A stretch of DNA of 52,605 bases, from NCBI GenBank assembly GCA_963709405.1, contig CAVPXM010000016.1, positions 1 to 52,605 of the forward strand, written 5' to 3'. The notes beneath the pieces are model-generated. The model was not told the origin of the DNA. It did no database searches and saw only the letters and a program-made list of their open reading frames with translations. The DNA comes from an uncultured Nitrososphaerales archaeon. Lineage in GTDB: Archaea; Thermoproteota; Nitrososphaeria; Nitrososphaerales; Nitrososphaeraceae. The position numbers and the translations under genes were made by a program. Positions 23,681 to 34,756 of the stretch are shown one piece after another (the first letter of the stretch is position 1; each line of letters starts with the position of its first letter).

Positions 23681-24697
23681 ATGAGTCCTTTACAGCAGGA
23701 AAAGGTGATAGCAGGCCTTAGAACAGAAAATGCATACCCTCACAAAATATCAAAAATTGTTGTTGAAGAAACACACATCTCATGGATATTTCTAACAGGC
23801 TTATATGCATACAAAATAAAAAAGAGCATTAAATTTGGTAAAATCCTTGATTTTTCATCACTAGAATTCAGAAAAATTTCCTGTCAAAAAGAAGTCGAGT
23901 TAAATAAAATTCTTTGTGGTAATATGTATAAGGGAGTTGTGAAAGTTGTTGGAAAAAATGGTAATAATATAATAAGAATTACTAACCTGGAGCATAAGGG
24001 GAAACCTCTAGAATATGCTGTTAAAATGAGAGAGATTCCACAACAATATCGTATGGATAATCTTCTATTGATAGGAAAAGTTAACTTAAGAACTATCGAA
24101 AGGTTAGTTGGAATTCTGCATAAATTCCATCTTCGTACACGAACTTCTGTAGAGATCAAAAAGTACGGCAAGCCAAAGTTCATAAAGGAGAAAATAAAAG
24201 AGAATTTTGATACAATTGCGAAATTTGCAAATGTTGATCAGAAGCTGGAGAAAATATTAATTACTTTTGTCCAAAATAACAATAATTTATTTCTTGATAG
24301 GATTCATGAAAATAAGATTCGCGATATACATGGTGACTTGCATTTAAAAAATGTCTTCATCCTACAAAATAGGTTCTATCTATACGATAGAATAGAGTTT
24401 AATGATCCCTTGAGATATGCCGATATTGCAGAAGACGTGGCACATCTTTCCATGGATCTTGATCATCACTATAGAACAGATTTTAGAAAATATTTCATTT
24501 CTCAATACATAAGAAAAAGCAACGATCTTAGTCTAGAAAGGGTAGTCTACTTTTGGATGTGTTATAAAGCATGTGTTAGGGCCAAGGTTTCGCTTTTTCA
24601 TGCGAAAAATGAAAAAGTCGTTAAAAAGAGAAGTAGTTATAATAATGAAGCAAAAGACCTATTTATACTTGCAAACTCCTATATCGAATTTCTATAG
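23681..24697 (+). CDS. APH/kinase-like phosphotransferase (COG2187, Rv2004c N-domain-like)
   Basis: ETHISWIFLTG..AYKIKK..LDFS, EVELN, EYAVKM, DIHGDLHLKN, DRIEFN, YKACVRAKV. Confidence 0.88.
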   Translation: MSPLQQEKVIAGLRTENAYPHKISKIVVEETHISWIFLTGLYAYKIKKSIKFGKILDFSSLEFRKISCQKEVELNKILCGNMYKGVVKVVGKNGNNIIRITNLEHKGKPLEYAVKMREIPQQYRMDNLLLIGKVNLRTIERLVGILHKFHLRTRTSVEIKKYGKPKFIKEKIKENFDTIAKFANVDQKLEKILITFVQNNNNLFLDRIHENKIRDIHGDLHLKNVFILQNRFYLYDRIEFNDPLRYADIAEDVAHLSMDLDHHYRTDFRKYFISQYIRKSNDLSLERVVYFWMCYKACVRAKVSLFHAKNEKVVKKRSSYNNEAKDLFILANSYIEFL

Positions 24698-24805
24698 TAG
24701 ACATATGATATTGGGAAGGTAATTGTAATTATCTATGGGAAATCGATGTACTAAATTTATTCTATTTAGGACAATTCCTCTGTTCCACTTATCATAATTA
24801 CCAAA

Positions 24806-25438
24806 CTACCAAGACGTTATAATATCATTTGTATTCATAATCTTTGCACCATAAAATCGTCTAATATATTCTAAACCTGAATTGTGTTCTTCTTCTGTAA
24901 ATGCATCCACTCCATCATCGGGCACTATTAATTCAAATCCCCTAACAAATGCATCGTACGATGTATGTCTGTCACAGATATTGGTGTGTAGGCCTGTTAT
25001 GACTAACGTATCAGCACCCTTGCCATTATAAATTCCTTTAAGGGCTTTATCCAATCCTGTTCCGTTAAATGCGCTATACGTTCTCTTGGTAATAATATAA
25101 TCTGTGTCTGACGGTTTTAGTTCATCTATTACTTTAGCTCCTTCAGTATGTTTCATGGCATGAGGACCCCATAGATTCATCTCATAAGTGTCAATCGGAA
25201 GATGCTCATCAATGCAATAAAAAACTGGTATCTGTTTTTGTCTTGCAGTATCAAGCAGGATCTTTATATTTGGTATTATTCGACCAGCTCTTTCACATTT
25301 AAGTTTGCCTTTGACGAAATCATTTTGCATATCAATTACTAAAATTGCATACCTATGCTGCTTCCTATCTTCAGATTTATTTCCAAAACCCATCTCAGCT
25401 GTCTCTTTCGTAAGATCTTTTTCTACTTCGTTCGCCAA
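24806..25438 (-). CDS. pncA: Isochorismatase-family cysteine hydrolase, nicotinamidase-like
   Basis: IDMQNDF, DEH..WGPHA, KRTYSAF, GLHTNICD; adjacent to NAPRTase. Confidence 0.75.
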   Translation of the reverse strand: MANEVEKDLTKETAEMGFGNKSEDRKQHRYAILVIDMQNDFVKGKLKCERAGRIIPNIKILLDTARQKQIPVFYCIDEHLPIDTYEMNLWGPHAMKHTEGAKVIDELKPSDTDYIITKRTYSAFNGTGLDKALKGIYNGKGADTLVITGLHTNICDRHTSYDAFVRGFELIVPDDGVDAFTEEEHNSGLEYIRRFYGAKIMNTNDIITSW

Positions 25439-25864
25439 TAATATATTTGTTCTCTATTTCCTTTTTTCTCCTTAGTTGTATTTATTTGTCTAACATTTAT
25501 GGAAATCGAATCGAATGTAGTCATTTCAATATTTATCTACGACTGTCTACTAGATTATCCTTGTACACATAAATCACCAACCTCATAAACTGCAATTTTC
25601 CCAATATTCTAACATCCGATCTTCAATCTACAAGAATAGATATCTTTATCCATCAAGTAAATATAATTCGATGTCACCAAAATCTAACCATCTTCACAGA
25701 ATGAAGTCTTGTTATAATGATTACCGTAGAAATAAAAATGTGGGATTTAGTTAACTGTATAGTTTTTAATGTCGAGAATGGATTAAGATTGCGCTAGGAT
25801 CATTAAGTCTACATTTCTTTACTAAAATAGTCTGCTTTATACTTGTAGTATGCACATTTACACA

Positions 25865-27284
25865 TTAGTCAGGTCTGAAATGCTGAGTTATTGCCTTCAG
25901 CTTTTTGCTAAATGTTATTGGAAATCTTTCTGGCAGAAATTCTAAACTCTTAAACTTTGTGGGAAGTAAATTTAGTTGCTGTATATGATATCTTTGAATC
26001 TCTACAATTGAGGGCAGTTTACGCAAAAGCTTTCCTTTATCAAATAATTTTACCAATAACGGAACTCCTGGACCATCAAGAATCTCCTTTTCCCCCTCTA
26101 ATGCCAGAATATCTTTTTTTATTTTATCATTTTTTATAATCCTAAGTATTTGTTTAGGGCCAGGATAAGTTTTCTTTCCTGAGCTAGTTTTCATCTTATA
26201 TAATATTTTATCATGAATGCTCTTTTTCTTACCTATTTCTGAAACCTGATGTAATTTTACAGCAACTAATTTATATACCCCATTCATGACCGGATCATCT
26301 CTTGATGTGCTAAGCTCAGTTCCGACTCCGAAAGAATCTATAGGAGCATGCATATCAATGAGATCACTTATCACATATTCATTTAAATCTCCTGTTGCCA
26401 TGATCTTGGTCCGGGTATGGCCAGCATTATCAAGCAATCTTCTGGATTCTGTACCTATTTGAACTAGGTCTCCGCTATCTAACCTTATACCATATATATC
26501 AATTCCTAAGTTGATTATTTTTTTTACTGCAGCAATACTATCATAAGTGTCAACTAACAAGAAGCCAGTAGGGAATACTTTACTGAACTGATTAAATGCG
26601 TCCTCTTCTCGTTCAAAACTCATGACAAATGAATGAGCCATTGTACCAAATACCGGTATCCCTAGCTTATATCCGGCAAGTGCATTTGAAGTTCCGACGC
26701 ATCCTCCTATATAGGCGAGCTCTAGCAGCCAAAAGTCCCGCTTGCGGTCCGTGAGCTCGCCTAGAACCAAATTCTACGACGGGTTTTCTTCTCGCTGCGG
26801 TAACTATTCTTGATGCTTTAGTTGCTATTAGACTTTCGAAGTTTATGATCGATAGGATATATGTTTCAACTATTTGTGCTTCAATCATAGGTGCTTCTAT
26901 CCTTATGATTGGTTCATTAGGGAAAAGAATTGTTCCTTCAGGAACTGCCCAAACAGTACCTGTAAATTTAAATCCCTTTAAATATTCAAAAAAATCTTGC
27001 TCAACGTATTTGAATGTTTCAAGAGATTTGAGATAAGAGATTTGCTTATCATTAAACTTCATCTTCATTAGGAAATGTATGGCTTGTTCGAGACCAGCAA
27101 CCACAAGATATGATCTGTTCGCCGGTAGCCTTCTGATAAACATTTCAAAAATTCCCTTCTTTTTTATACTCTTCTCGTTACGACTAGAGTGATAGTATGC
27201 AGCAGCCATAGTTAGTTCATATAAATCAGTGGCTAGCGCAATATCTCCTCCATGATCTGACTCTGAGATTAACAGTCCTTCCAA
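25865..27284 (-). CDS. pncB: Nicotinate phosphoribosyltransferase, one apparent 1-bp insertion at 26717
   Basis: TDLYELTM, EFGSRRAHG, GTMAHSFV, LVDTYD, GIRLDSGD, FGVGT, GVYKLV across ORFs 26667-27284 and 25865-26770. Confidence 0.92.
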
Positions 27285-27569
27285 GATATCACCAGCTAAC
27301 GATTAACCCATCTAATCTATATTAGATTGTTGCAATCATAAAATCTTAAATAAGCGATAATATGTTTGCAAAAAGTCAAACTCTTCTAAAAATGAGAATT
27401 CAACCATTACCCTTAACATTCGGAACTATGATGGGACTTAATCTAGCATAGTTATCGTAGCACTTAAAATGCTCGTAAATATAATTTTCTACTGGTTCTA
27501 AGGTTCTATTAAGTTAAGACGATAGAGCTAAAGCTTTGAATGTTCTATTGTTATGTGTATGCTAGTTTT

Positions 27570-27920
27570 CAAAAGGAAGAGAATATCGACTGTATTATCT
27601 CTGTGTGCACAACTTATACATTGTGGGCTTAAGTAAGTCTTAGAGCACGTCAAAACCATTAGATCCATATGTGGAAAAGAGAAGCCATGTTGCTGTATGA
27701 AATCGGGGCCCAGCATTTTAACTCAAACAAAATATTTGAAACGACCAAGGGTTACTGTTTATGCATAAAACGAAACTATGTTGCAGAATCATTCCTGAGA
27801 ACGCTGATCGGAATTTATAGAAAATTTACGTCCTTACAACTAGCACGTAGATTACATTCATCATTTGAAAAGAGTATATTTGAAAGAACAATCTAATATG
27901 TAAAGGATAGACCTGACGTA
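27570..27920 (+). mobile_element. IS6-family transposase remnant
   Basis: Frame-broken RSHVAV.., VAESFLRTLIGIY, LHSSFEKSIFERTI*YVKDR. Confidence 0.6.
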
Positions 27921-28349
27921 TGATGATTACTACCCTTGCAGAAATAGTAAATTCTGATCTGATTCATATAATATAATAGGATGAATTCTTTCGTGTTTAT
28001 GCATAACGTGAGCATTAGAAACGTCATGCTCATGTATTCTAGATTTATTGAGGAGGTGATGACGGTTATCATAACAGCGCCGATTCTGAAGTGCCTATTA
28101 TTATTCTTTTATAGGTATCCAAACTTTGTGCGCTAATTATGATTACATCAGGTCTGCTTCTTCCTTTAATGATGCTGCAGGAGTCATCTTATGCAACTGA
28201 TGGCTTAAAATATACATTCATTAATAATGAAATGAATAGAGTAACCTCTATTCATACTACACAACTATTCTACTGAACTGCATAACTTTTTTAGTCAGTG
28301 ATTTGAAAGGTAAATTTTGTGTACGACGACCTTAGGATCTATCATTATA

Positions 28350-28595
28350 CTACTTTTCAATATTCTTCATATGAAGAATACCTCTATCCGTTGTGGTATA
28401 GATGTGTTGTAGTTCATCATAATGTAATAATCTCTTATCTATTAGCTCTGCAAAACATCTTCGCAATTGTGCATGTGATATAGAGGGTAATCTATCTATT
28501 ATTCCTCTTTTCGTGATCCCGTTTTTAGACACCTCGAGTATATCTAGGAGAACTGTTGTACTGGTATCGGTGTTCTTTGTTGATGCATTTGTCAT
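28350..28595 (-). CDS. Small winged-helix DNA-binding protein (HTH_45/COG3432-like)
   Basis: DILEVSKNGITK..ISHAQLRRCFAELIDKRLL..YTTTDRG. Confidence 0.8.
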   Translation of the reverse strand: MTNASTKNTDTSTTVLLDILEVSKNGITKRGIIDRLPSISHAQLRRCFAELIDKRLLHYDELQHIYTTTDRGILHMKNIEK

Positions 28596-28789
28596 TACCT
28601 TAATAATTCACCAATCTTTATTAGCATAACGAAATCTATAAACCAATTGTTTTCAACGTAATGCACTGCATCTGTTATTATGAGAATTATTAGTGAATAA
28701 CAATATGCTTCTGTAAAGAATGTGAAATGGGATTATTATAGGTAATAGTCTAAAGCTCTTCTATTATTTTTTAATTCGATATGCTCTTT

Positions 28790-29097
28790 ACTGGATTGCA
28801 GTTCTACCAAGATTTACTTTATCACACAAAATGAATTAGATCTCCTCTACCAAAACGTATATCGACGACTACTTCACCTTTCCGGATATGCGCAAACTTT
28901 ACCGTGCACCACAACCCACTCCGAGAATAGAGAATTTGGATAGAATTCAAATCATCGACATCATAACCAATATATTTCACAATTTGAAGCGATGACATCA
29001 TTGAACTGTCACTATTACTGCCACCATCGCAGCATTAGGTAGGCACATCACAACTTCTGAAGGAATTTTCAACTAATGTAATCTTTTCATATCTCTC
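28790..29097 (-). pseudogene. Arsenite-methyltransferase-like N-terminal remnant
   Basis: Frame-broken IGYDVDDLNSI..ILGVGCGA..KFAHIRKGEVVVD. Confidence 0.6.
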
Positions 29098-29607
29098 ATT
29101 TACTTTCCATTTAATTACATTTCTTTCAATTATTCTCATCTTATTTATCTACTGAATAGCCCACTATTGTTTCCTTTCCAAGTTTCTTCCTTAACTTAAC
29201 AGCAACTTCATCAGGTAGTTTAGAAGGCCCTTCTCTTAGGCCTATTCTCCAGTCAATACCTCCTTTACGATATCATGAAAGCCACAAAGTTCACATTCTG
29301 CTTCTGTGTAGCTCCTTTGCAATATATGTTGGGGGATCCGTTATCACTCTCAACTTAGAGCACAAGTCGTAATCTGGCATGAGATTCCTTCCTACAGAGC
29401 CTCTAATTCTCCTCTACTTACCAAGATTCAAAAGAGCAGATCAATGAACAAAGCTATATCTCTTCCTGTACAAAATATGACAATTTCATCAATAACAAGT
29501 AACTTATTTGTCTTAATTGATGGAAGTATCCCTTATTCAAGTTATGATTTATGAAGAGTGTGACTCTAGGACACAGGGTAACTAATATCATTCCAAATAA
29601 ATATACC

Positions 29608-30829
29608 ATGGCCAAACGCACAGGATTATGGACAGGAGTCAATAAAAACGAGCTACAAGATATCACTTGGATTATTTGAGCTTGTTAGTTTAGGTATTGG
29701 AGGTACAATTGGCTCAGGAATATTCATTGTTCCTGGCATCGTAGCCGGAATTGCTGGACCAAGTTCAATATTTGCCTGGCTCTTTGCTTTAGCATCTGCA
29801 TCATGCGTAGCGTACGCACTAGCAAAAGCTTCTTATAAGTATCCCTCAACTGGTGCATTCTATTCTATCTTTTCAATAGTATTTAGCAAGAAAATTTCAT
29901 TGATACTCGTCTTTTTATACCTCATCTCGGTAGTAGTTGGAATTGCCGCAATTGCAGACGGAATAGGACAATACTTCTCTTTTTTTGGATTTCAACATGA
30001 TCCTTTTGTCATCCTATTAGTTGAGATTATTGCGATTTTAGGCTTCTGTGCAATTAACATAAAAGGAGTACTTTTATCAGGAAAGACTGAAAATGTATTG
30101 ACAATAGCCAAGATCGCACCTCTAATTATCTTGGCCATTCTTCTAGTTCCTTATATTCATGAAAGTAATTTTTCCCCCTTTTATCCATCTTCAAGAAGTA
30201 CTGATTTTCTAAAAGCTTTGGTGATTGTTTACTTTCCTTTTACAGGTTTTGAAATAAGTGCTATACCAGCCCAAGAGACAAGAACTGCAGAAAAAATAGT
30301 ATATAGAGCGATGAGAATGACAATGATTATTGTAGGATTTGTATATATATTTTTGAACATTTCACTAATTGGCGCTACTGGTAGCAAAGTCCTTGCGAAC
30401 TCTCCGGCTCCTCTAGCTACGGCATCAGGATTGATCTCTAAAGAATCGCAAAGTATAACCGTTATAATTGGAATTATTGCAATGTTATCTGCAGTAAATG
30501 CATACATGCTGGCAGCAGCGAGAGTACTACAAAATGTTTCCTCTTTATTTAATTTACGTACCTTAAGAGAATTATCCTCAAGCGGCACTCCTGCTATTGC
30601 TACAATACTGGTCACATTAGCAGCTTGTACTTTAGTACTATTTCTGTCGCACAATTTTGAACAACTGGCCAGTATCTCTGTCATAGCGATATTAGTAGTT
30701 TATATTTTCGTCTGCGTGTGTGCATACAAAATTTTTTTAAACGATACTACTACAAGACTCATTGCATGTATAGGTGTGCTATTAACATCCACAATTCTTG
30801 TCGTTTACTTTCTCTTGAAAATTCAATAG
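29608..30829 (+). CDS. APC-family amino acid permease, 5' frameshift near 29660
   Basis: LGLFELVSLGIGGTIGSGIFIVPG, YPSTGAFY, FTGFE in frame with ORF 29900-30829; the ATG at 29608 is one base out of frame. Confidence 0.85.
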
Positions 30830-31723
30830 CCTACCATTATTACTAAATAGCACAAACTTGCACAAATTAATAAATTCGGTGTATCCGGAATCCAGTTAAT
30901 CTGGCTGATTTATAATGGCATATCGACTTAATTTAACTGGATAATATGCCGTTCTGTTTAAACGATTCTTTACGCCACAGTAACTAGTAAGAGCAGCTTT
31001 GATTCTGATTTCAATAACATATACATAATGTGAAATGTGCATTCAGGGAACATTTCTTTGAAACTATTTGGTCTTATATAATATTGCTATTCATGATATC
31101 GATTGAGAGAACTTGAGATAATACTGATAATGGTTCCTGTTATGGCAAATATGATTGAGTCCCAGCATTTAAGAACCAGCCTATAAATAGCATTCATATC
31201 CCACTTAGGAATGAATCACTGGTTCTTATTAAAAATCAAATGCCTTAAATTCGTACGATATAGATATGGTTATTCCAACTTTAAGTACTATGTCTTTTGT
31301 AACCTTATCGTAATCTTTTCCTCAATGCAGCATGATAGTCTGCCGACATCTGAAGGAAGGCTGGTAGGAGATCAAATGTACCAAGTATCATGTTTATGAA
31401 AACAATGTAATATGGAATATCGGTGGTGTTTTAGTATCATGATAGAAGATCTATGGTAGTAAGAGGGATAGTGAATTGATTTACAAGTCCACCAAAATAG
31501 TGTGAAAATGCCAAAGAGTACAAAATTCATTAACTGACCTGCAAATGATATCTTAACTTCTTTCCTAATCCATGTAGGTATATTAAGGCCGAACTGAGAC
31601 TGCAGAAACCAAATTCGCGTTTCTTAACGATGCATTGCAAATCCGACCAGTACATTGTAATGATTTCAGCCTTAATACGTATAGTGTATAGTGCATTTCA
31701 TAAGCAAAATAAAACATTAGTGG

Positions 31724-32206
31724 CTATCTAACAAGCAAGACAGAACAATGAGCATGCTGGACTACACCATTTGCCACACTTCCAGTCAAGAATCTTTTCA
31801 GTCCAGTTCTTCCTCTTGTTCCAATAACTATTAGATCTATATCCTTGTCAGTAGCATAGTCTATAATAGATCCTATAATAGATTTTACATCCGTGAAAGT
31901 CTCAGTGTTTAACTCTGCAATATCTTCATTCCTTGCCATATCCCTCACTTTCTTAAACCAAGATTGAGCTTTCTCTTCTAGATCTTTAAAGTACTGATCT
32001 ATTGCAGGCGGAGAACTTGTATACCCGTAGGGTACACTACCTATAACATGAATACAAAATAGCCGTGCATTCTCGTCCTTTGCAAGCTTTATTGCATACT
32101 TAGCCGCATTTAAGGAGCATTCTGAGCCATCTATTGGAACAAGTATGTTTCTTATCTGTATTTTACAATTATTATGATTAGCTGTCGGTCTTACATCTAC
32201 TACCAC
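31724..32206 (-). CDS. Universal stress protein
   Basis: NILVPIDGS, DLIVIGTRGRTGLKRFLTGSVANGVVQHAHCSVLLVR. Confidence 0.95.
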   Translation of the reverse strand: MVVDVRPTANHNNCKIQIRNILVPIDGSECSLNAAKYAIKLAKDENARLFCIHVIGSVPYGYTSSPPAIDQYFKDLEEKAQSWFKKVRDMARNEDIAELNTETFTDVKSIIGSIIDYATDKDIDLIVIGTRGRTGLKRFLTGSVANGVVQHAHCSVLLVR

Positions 32207-32663
32207 ATTGATTTAGTATCTCGATATCATGATAAATCTATTGTAGATGTTTATATGGCTAATGTTCAGTATGTCTATATGTCATGTACAATGTCTTGCA
32301 TAATATTCCAGTATTTCAGTGGGCCAGAAGTTCCTCTTTTAATGTTTCCAAAATCGATTCCATTTAGTTAACACGCAAAGATAAGCAGCAATACATAGAC
32401 CGTATAAATGAGCAACTAACTGGACTTTAATACTATCAAGCATATTTATAAAGTTGTTATATGTTTTGGGAAAACCGAACCTAATTATTGTTTATAGCTA
32501 GAGAACTAATATTAATAGTAGTCCAGATAATCGTTAATGATGATTAATTATTATCTCCAATTTTTCACATATTGCAGGTTCAACTATAGTAAAGGTATGA
32601 TATTATATGCACTGCCATGCACTATGATCCAAAATGTAATATACTGTCAACCGTATTACTCGG

Positions 32664-33197
32664 TTGATGAGCTTCGAATCGATTCCAGTATCAAGCATTA
32701 TGACTAAGAAAGTAATAGTCCAAACTGAAGATCAAACCATTCAGGCAATTTCTAGGACCATGTATGAAAATAATATCGGTAATGTACTAATAGTAAGAAA
32801 TGATGTAGCACAAAATAGCACTAAGAACCAAAATAATATTGTAGGCATCATTACTGAAAGGGATGTTGTTCGAATAGTAGGTTCATTTGATCAAACTTTG
32901 TATCATACCCCGGTACGTGAGCTAATGAGTAAGCCCATAATTAGCATAACACCAAATAGTTCACTTAAGAATGCTATAGACACAATGCAACTGAAAAACA
33001 TAAGAAGACTTCCAGTAATTGAACAAGAAGGAAAACTAGTAGGTATAATCACTGCCAGGGATATATTCAAAATAATAATTAAGAGCCAAGATACTATATC
33101 TACTTTTATAAGCAGCGATTTAGTGCCACATCCCGGCGAGTTATATGAGAGATTCAGTCAATATTGGTCTGAGGAAATTTTGCACAAGAGACCATAA
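32664..33197 (+). CDS. CBS-pair protein
   Basis: VGIITERDVV, LMSKPIISI, NIRRLPVI, GIITARDI. Confidence 0.93.
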   Translation: MMSFESIPVSSIMTKKVIVQTEDQTIQAISRTMYENNIGNVLIVRNDVAQNSTKNQNNIVGIITERDVVRIVGSFDQTLYHTPVRELMSKPIISITPNSSLKNAIDTMQLKNIRRLPVIEQEGKLVGIITARDIFKIIIKSQDTISTFISSDLVPHPGELYERFSQYWSEEILHKRP

Positions 33198-33884
33198 AAT
33201 GTATTATCTTTTTTACCATCATCCTATTCTCGTCATGTATAAAGGGTAGATAAGTTTGATTATCGTATTTACTTTGGATTTGTTTTGACCATCAAGTACC
33301 AGTTATCTAAAAAATATTTTTTACCTACTACGATGTTACCACCTGTGTATCTCTCAATCAGCTAGACTGTAGCTCAATTCGTGAATATTTGTCATATAAC
33401 AATGGCCCAGGCTTCATAGAATTATCGATCTATGAGTTTATTGTTAAATTTCCTTGCAATCATACAACTACTTTATTGTGTTTTAAAGAGAATAGCTACC
33501 AAATTGGTATATATTTCAATCCGTCTAGATGGAAATTCCTGCTGATTAATCCGTATTTTCCATATTGAACTACGTGAATCATCAGCAATCACAATATATT
33601 CTGATTTTATTTAAAGTCATCTTTGAATAGCCTTCTTGCAATTCTAATATTCACATGAAGCAGAAGTGTAAAGCTTTCTGGAACTCATCCTAATATTATC
33701 AAGAATATATAGTATGGGCTATAGTGAGAAGCGGTATCCGCAACTATCTGTGCATAGCGGCCAAGAGACCTCTCTAGGTGATATTGCTATGATGAAGGGT
33801 TAGCTGTTCACTCTAGCGATAATATTCCGAGTCATCGTTATTGGCTCACCTTCATCTGACTATACAAGGTGATGACAGGCTAAC

Positions 33885-34234
33885 AGAACTTCCTTTCATT
33901 TATAAGGTTTGTAAAGGCTACCATTTCTGATCTTAGTTATGCAGATTATTCTGAGTGTTTTATAGGACATTCTAGCTCGACATACTCAGGTAAAAAGGAT
34001 TCTGAAAAAGCCGAGATATTTCGCAAGATTGAACCATATCTCACATTCCTAAATATCCATCAGCTAGAAAGACAAGGTGCCGACATACAAACCAAGGTAG
34101 AAGAATTAGAAGAATTAAATCAGTCGCTAAGACAGCGTGACAAAGTAGAGGATGATGCTATAGCGCAACTATCAGATCAACTTGTATCTTTATCAGCTAG
34201 GTTGCAGGAAATCGAGAGAAGACAAATGTACTAA
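33885..34234 (+). pseudogene. Tyrosine recombinase C-terminal remnant
   Basis: FIRFVKATISDL..FIGHSSSTY..IEPYLTF..DAIAQLSDQL; tail parallels the integrase at 46393. Confidence 0.7.
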
Positions 34235-34756
34235 AGTGTGCAGAGATTAAAGTGTGTGTTTGCGTAAAAATGTAGCAGAGCTAAAATAGAAAGACATGAT
34301 GCAATTCCATAAGCTTAATTATTGAATGGTTTGGAAGCCATTACTACATTAAATATACCCATCGAACCGAGATTAGCAAATCTATCGATGCTAGATTGGA
34401 AACTGTAGATACCGGGCTTATAATATACAAATAATTGTAACTTAACAATTAAACAATTAATGGAGTCAGTAACTATTCTTAGCAGCTTTGTTAAAAATTA
34501 TTTTATGTCTTTAGGAACAATGCGCCTTTGCATTTTACCAGTAGATCAAACACCCGAACCCTTTCCATTGAGGCAACCTTAACCAGTAAGGGACTTTATT
34601 GAGTGTTATGTAATCACGACGTTGTGGTAGAGCGGTAATGAAAATTAACTGCTTTCTATTTCTATAATAGTGTTATTACTATTTTCTATTTGTATATTTT
34701 TTTGTAATATTTTCTAAACCTATTCTTTAAATTTCATATTGTTTTTTTATAGATAT

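Noticed and set aside
25555-25640. Possible P-II C-terminal remnant on the minus strand (GKIAVYEV)
   Set aside because: Too short and degenerate to support
30830-31620. Long ORF-poor stretches (also 8620-9300, 39000-39740) as hidden genes
   Set aside because: They look like decayed coding DNA, but I could not recognise any family motif
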